A stretch of DNA of 64,000 nt from Glaucostegus cemiculus (Eukaryota), in the NCBI GenBank assembly GCA_976551045.1, contig CDPCPM010000106.1, forward strand, positions 33,542,001 to 33,606,000, in the 5' to 3' direction. Of this stretch, positions 61,771-64,000 are shown piece by piece (within the stretch, counting starts at the first letter, position 1; each line of letters starts with the position of its first letter). Under the pieces are notes generated by a model. It searched no databases, was not told where the DNA came from, and saw only the letters and a program-made list of their open reading frames with translations. The translations under genes and the position numbers were made by a program.

Positions 61771-62610
61771 TGTGCAGCACAAACTGCTGGAGTTATTCCA
61801 GCTCAGATGACTTCTAATCCTTTCCTTGCATTCTGAAGACACTGTTCCCTCAAGACACCCCCTTTGATATAATTCCCATTCTTTCCTCAGCCTGTTCATT
61901 ATCACTGTTTGCCATTTCCTTTCATGTCTCTGCCTCTCCATTGACAGCCATTTATCATCTCACATCTCCCACCCACTCCTCCCAAGGCATCTGTGGAGCT
62001 GGAGAGATTCAACATATTCCGGGCCAAGATAGAGAGATTTTGTGTTACGAGAAACAGGCAGGTAAACAGAGCTGAGGCCAAGATCTGCCTTACTCCTGCT
62101 AAATGGTAGGACAGGTTCAAGAGATAAAATGGCCCTCTTCTGCTTCTGTGTCTTATATTCTAATGTCTTTTACTCTCTGGATTCCATGTGAAGGTTCTCC
62201 CTGTTTCCAAACCACTCACCGTCACCTCATCTGACCACTGTTCCCATACTTTCTGCTAACCTGAGCTCACTTCAGTCTTTTGTACCACACCTTGGCTTCC
62301 ATCATATCTCCAGGAGGTGCCTCACCATGACTCACCCACTTTCTCCTTCCCAGAGCAGTGTGCAATGTGTGATGTGGGTGTGGGGGAAGACTGGAGCAGA
62401 GGTGCCATAGTCATCCAATAAGCATCCAGCACATTTAGCAGATGTCCCCAGATACACGTGTGTAATATGCACCTGTTTAGGGTGCTCCTCCAGAAGTGGT
62501 CACATTTTATATCCCTTCTTCTCTCTTTAATCAACCTCCCTCGTAAACCTCCTCTCCGTTCTTCCCGTGCCCTTTGCTGTTGCAGTGTTGAACAGATCAA
62601 TTTTTTGTTT

Positions 62611-62830
62611 GGAGGGACAACAGACCACAGACGCTGGAATCTGGAGCAACAAAACAAACTGCTGGAGGAACTCAGCGGGTCAGGTAGCATCTATGGAGGG
62701 AAATGGACAGTTGCCATCTCAGGTCAAGGCCCTTCACCTTGACAATTTACTTTTCTTCTCTCTACTGCTGCCTGACCTGCTGAGTATTTCCAGCATTTTC
62801 TGTACTTATTTCAGTTTTCCAGCACTATTT
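62611..62830. mobile_element. Inverted pair of PLE terminal repeats
   Basis: GCTGGAGGAACTCAGCGGGTCAGGTAGCA versus TGCTGCCTGACCTGCTGAGTATTTCCAGC. Confidence 0.8.
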
Positions 62831-63254
62831 TTGGATTTGCAATTTTTGTCGCATATTTTTCCTGCTCCCTCTATCAAATAATGTTGCCCTTAAATTCCTT
62901 GTGGTGATTGTAATAACTATCCTTTTTCACTCTTTTGCAGCTCTAGGAAGATATTGACTAATGGATCCACTGTGTCTTTGCCATATTTCCTTTCTGGTTC
63001 CATGCAATTCCAATTCCTCTTCAAAATATTGCAAACTGGTTATGTATTGTACTTGAAAAATAAATCAGACAATGCTCACTGTGATAATTAAAAATCTAAC
63101 AAGTAGATATTTAACAAGTAGGTAGTTCAGTGTATTCAATGGATAATTGACCTTCATAAATCCACTTGTGGGAGTTCATTGTTTGAAGTTTCTGAGTTTA
63201 CATAACTCAAAGTTGTGTAAAGAATTTAAATCTTATTTGACAATCCTATTGAAT

Positions 63255-63990
63255 ATTCCACCACCAATTTATCAAGGACAACTGGGAACAAGCAATAAAT
63301 CCCAGCCTTGCCAGTGTTGCCTACTTTCCACAAATGGATTAAAAGGATGGTTTACCTTTTATAGAGGCTGAAGACAGTAGTGGACCTAGCCTCGCCCATC
63401 ACAGGCACAGTCCTCCACCCCCACTGACAGCATCTATCATCAAGGATCCCCACCAACGAGGTCTTGCCGTCTTCTCGCAGGAGATACAGAAGCCCGAAGT
63501 CCCACACCACCAGGTTCAGGAACAGTTACTTTCCTACAACCATCAGGTTCTTGAACCGACCTGCACAACCCTAACCCTACCTCAACCACAGAACACCATG
63601 AACCATCTCTGACTGTTCTTGTTTTGCAGTCTATTTCTTGGCTTCTCTGTCTTGTATAATTTATATTCTGGTGTGTTGTATGAACCTACATGCCTGTGAT
63701 GCTGCTGCAAGCAAGTTTTTCATTGTACCTGAGAGGGGAAAAATTTTAAGGGGATATGAGGGGTAAGTTTTTCACCCAGAGGGTGGTGGGTATATGAAAC
63801 AAGCTGCCAGAGGAGGTGATAGAGGGGGGTACAATTAGAATGCTTAAAAGACATTTGGAGAGATACATGGATAGGAAAGGTTTAGATGGATATGGGCCAA
63901 ACGCAAATGGGATTAGTGTAGATAGGCAGATTGGTCAGCATGGGGAAGTTATTTCCATGCTGTATAATTCTATGAATCTACTCTATGAAT
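63255..63990 (+). mobile_element. L2/Crack tail (~63255-63345), Rex1 3' fragment (63360-63731), CR1 3' end (63731-63990)
   Basis: GCAATAAATCCCAGCCTTGCCAG; SHTTRFRNSYFP; TTTTTCACCCAGAGGGTGGTGGG and (TCTATGA)-type tail. Confidence 0.85.
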
Positions 63991-64000
63991 ATGTAGCAAT

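Overview
Repeat-rich vertebrate non-coding DNA (large intron or intergenic region). The repeat families point to a cartilaginous fish, probably a ray/skate/sawfish (inference from remembered repeat consensi, not a database search). I recognise no host protein-coding gene, rRNA, true tRNA gene or CRISPR array. The ORFs I can assign are broken retroelement remnants: CR1 (HER1-like), Rex1/Babar, RTE, L2/Crack and Tx1 LINEs, Neptune-type Penelope-like elements (PLE) with a GIY-YIG endonuclease. tRNA-derived V-SINEs and Deu-type SINEs are also common, and nesting is frequent. The most interesting signal is a minimal type I hammerhead ribozyme motif in the PLE terminal repeat (consensus across copies CAGUC-CUGANGA-A-GGGUC-UC-GACCC-GAAAC-GUC-GACUG). 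This repeat is also dispersed as short ORF-less, often fold-back units flanked by 11-14 bp target-site duplications. Hammerheads in PLEs are a known class, and every copy here is mutated. Other leads: a 25-bp hairpin with AATAAA in its loop behind a strong splice acceptor, a second unexplained hairpin, enhancer-like motif clusters in repeat-free islands, and speculative spliced exons. Repeat boundaries are read by eye and approximate (tens of bp) unless a TSD is given.
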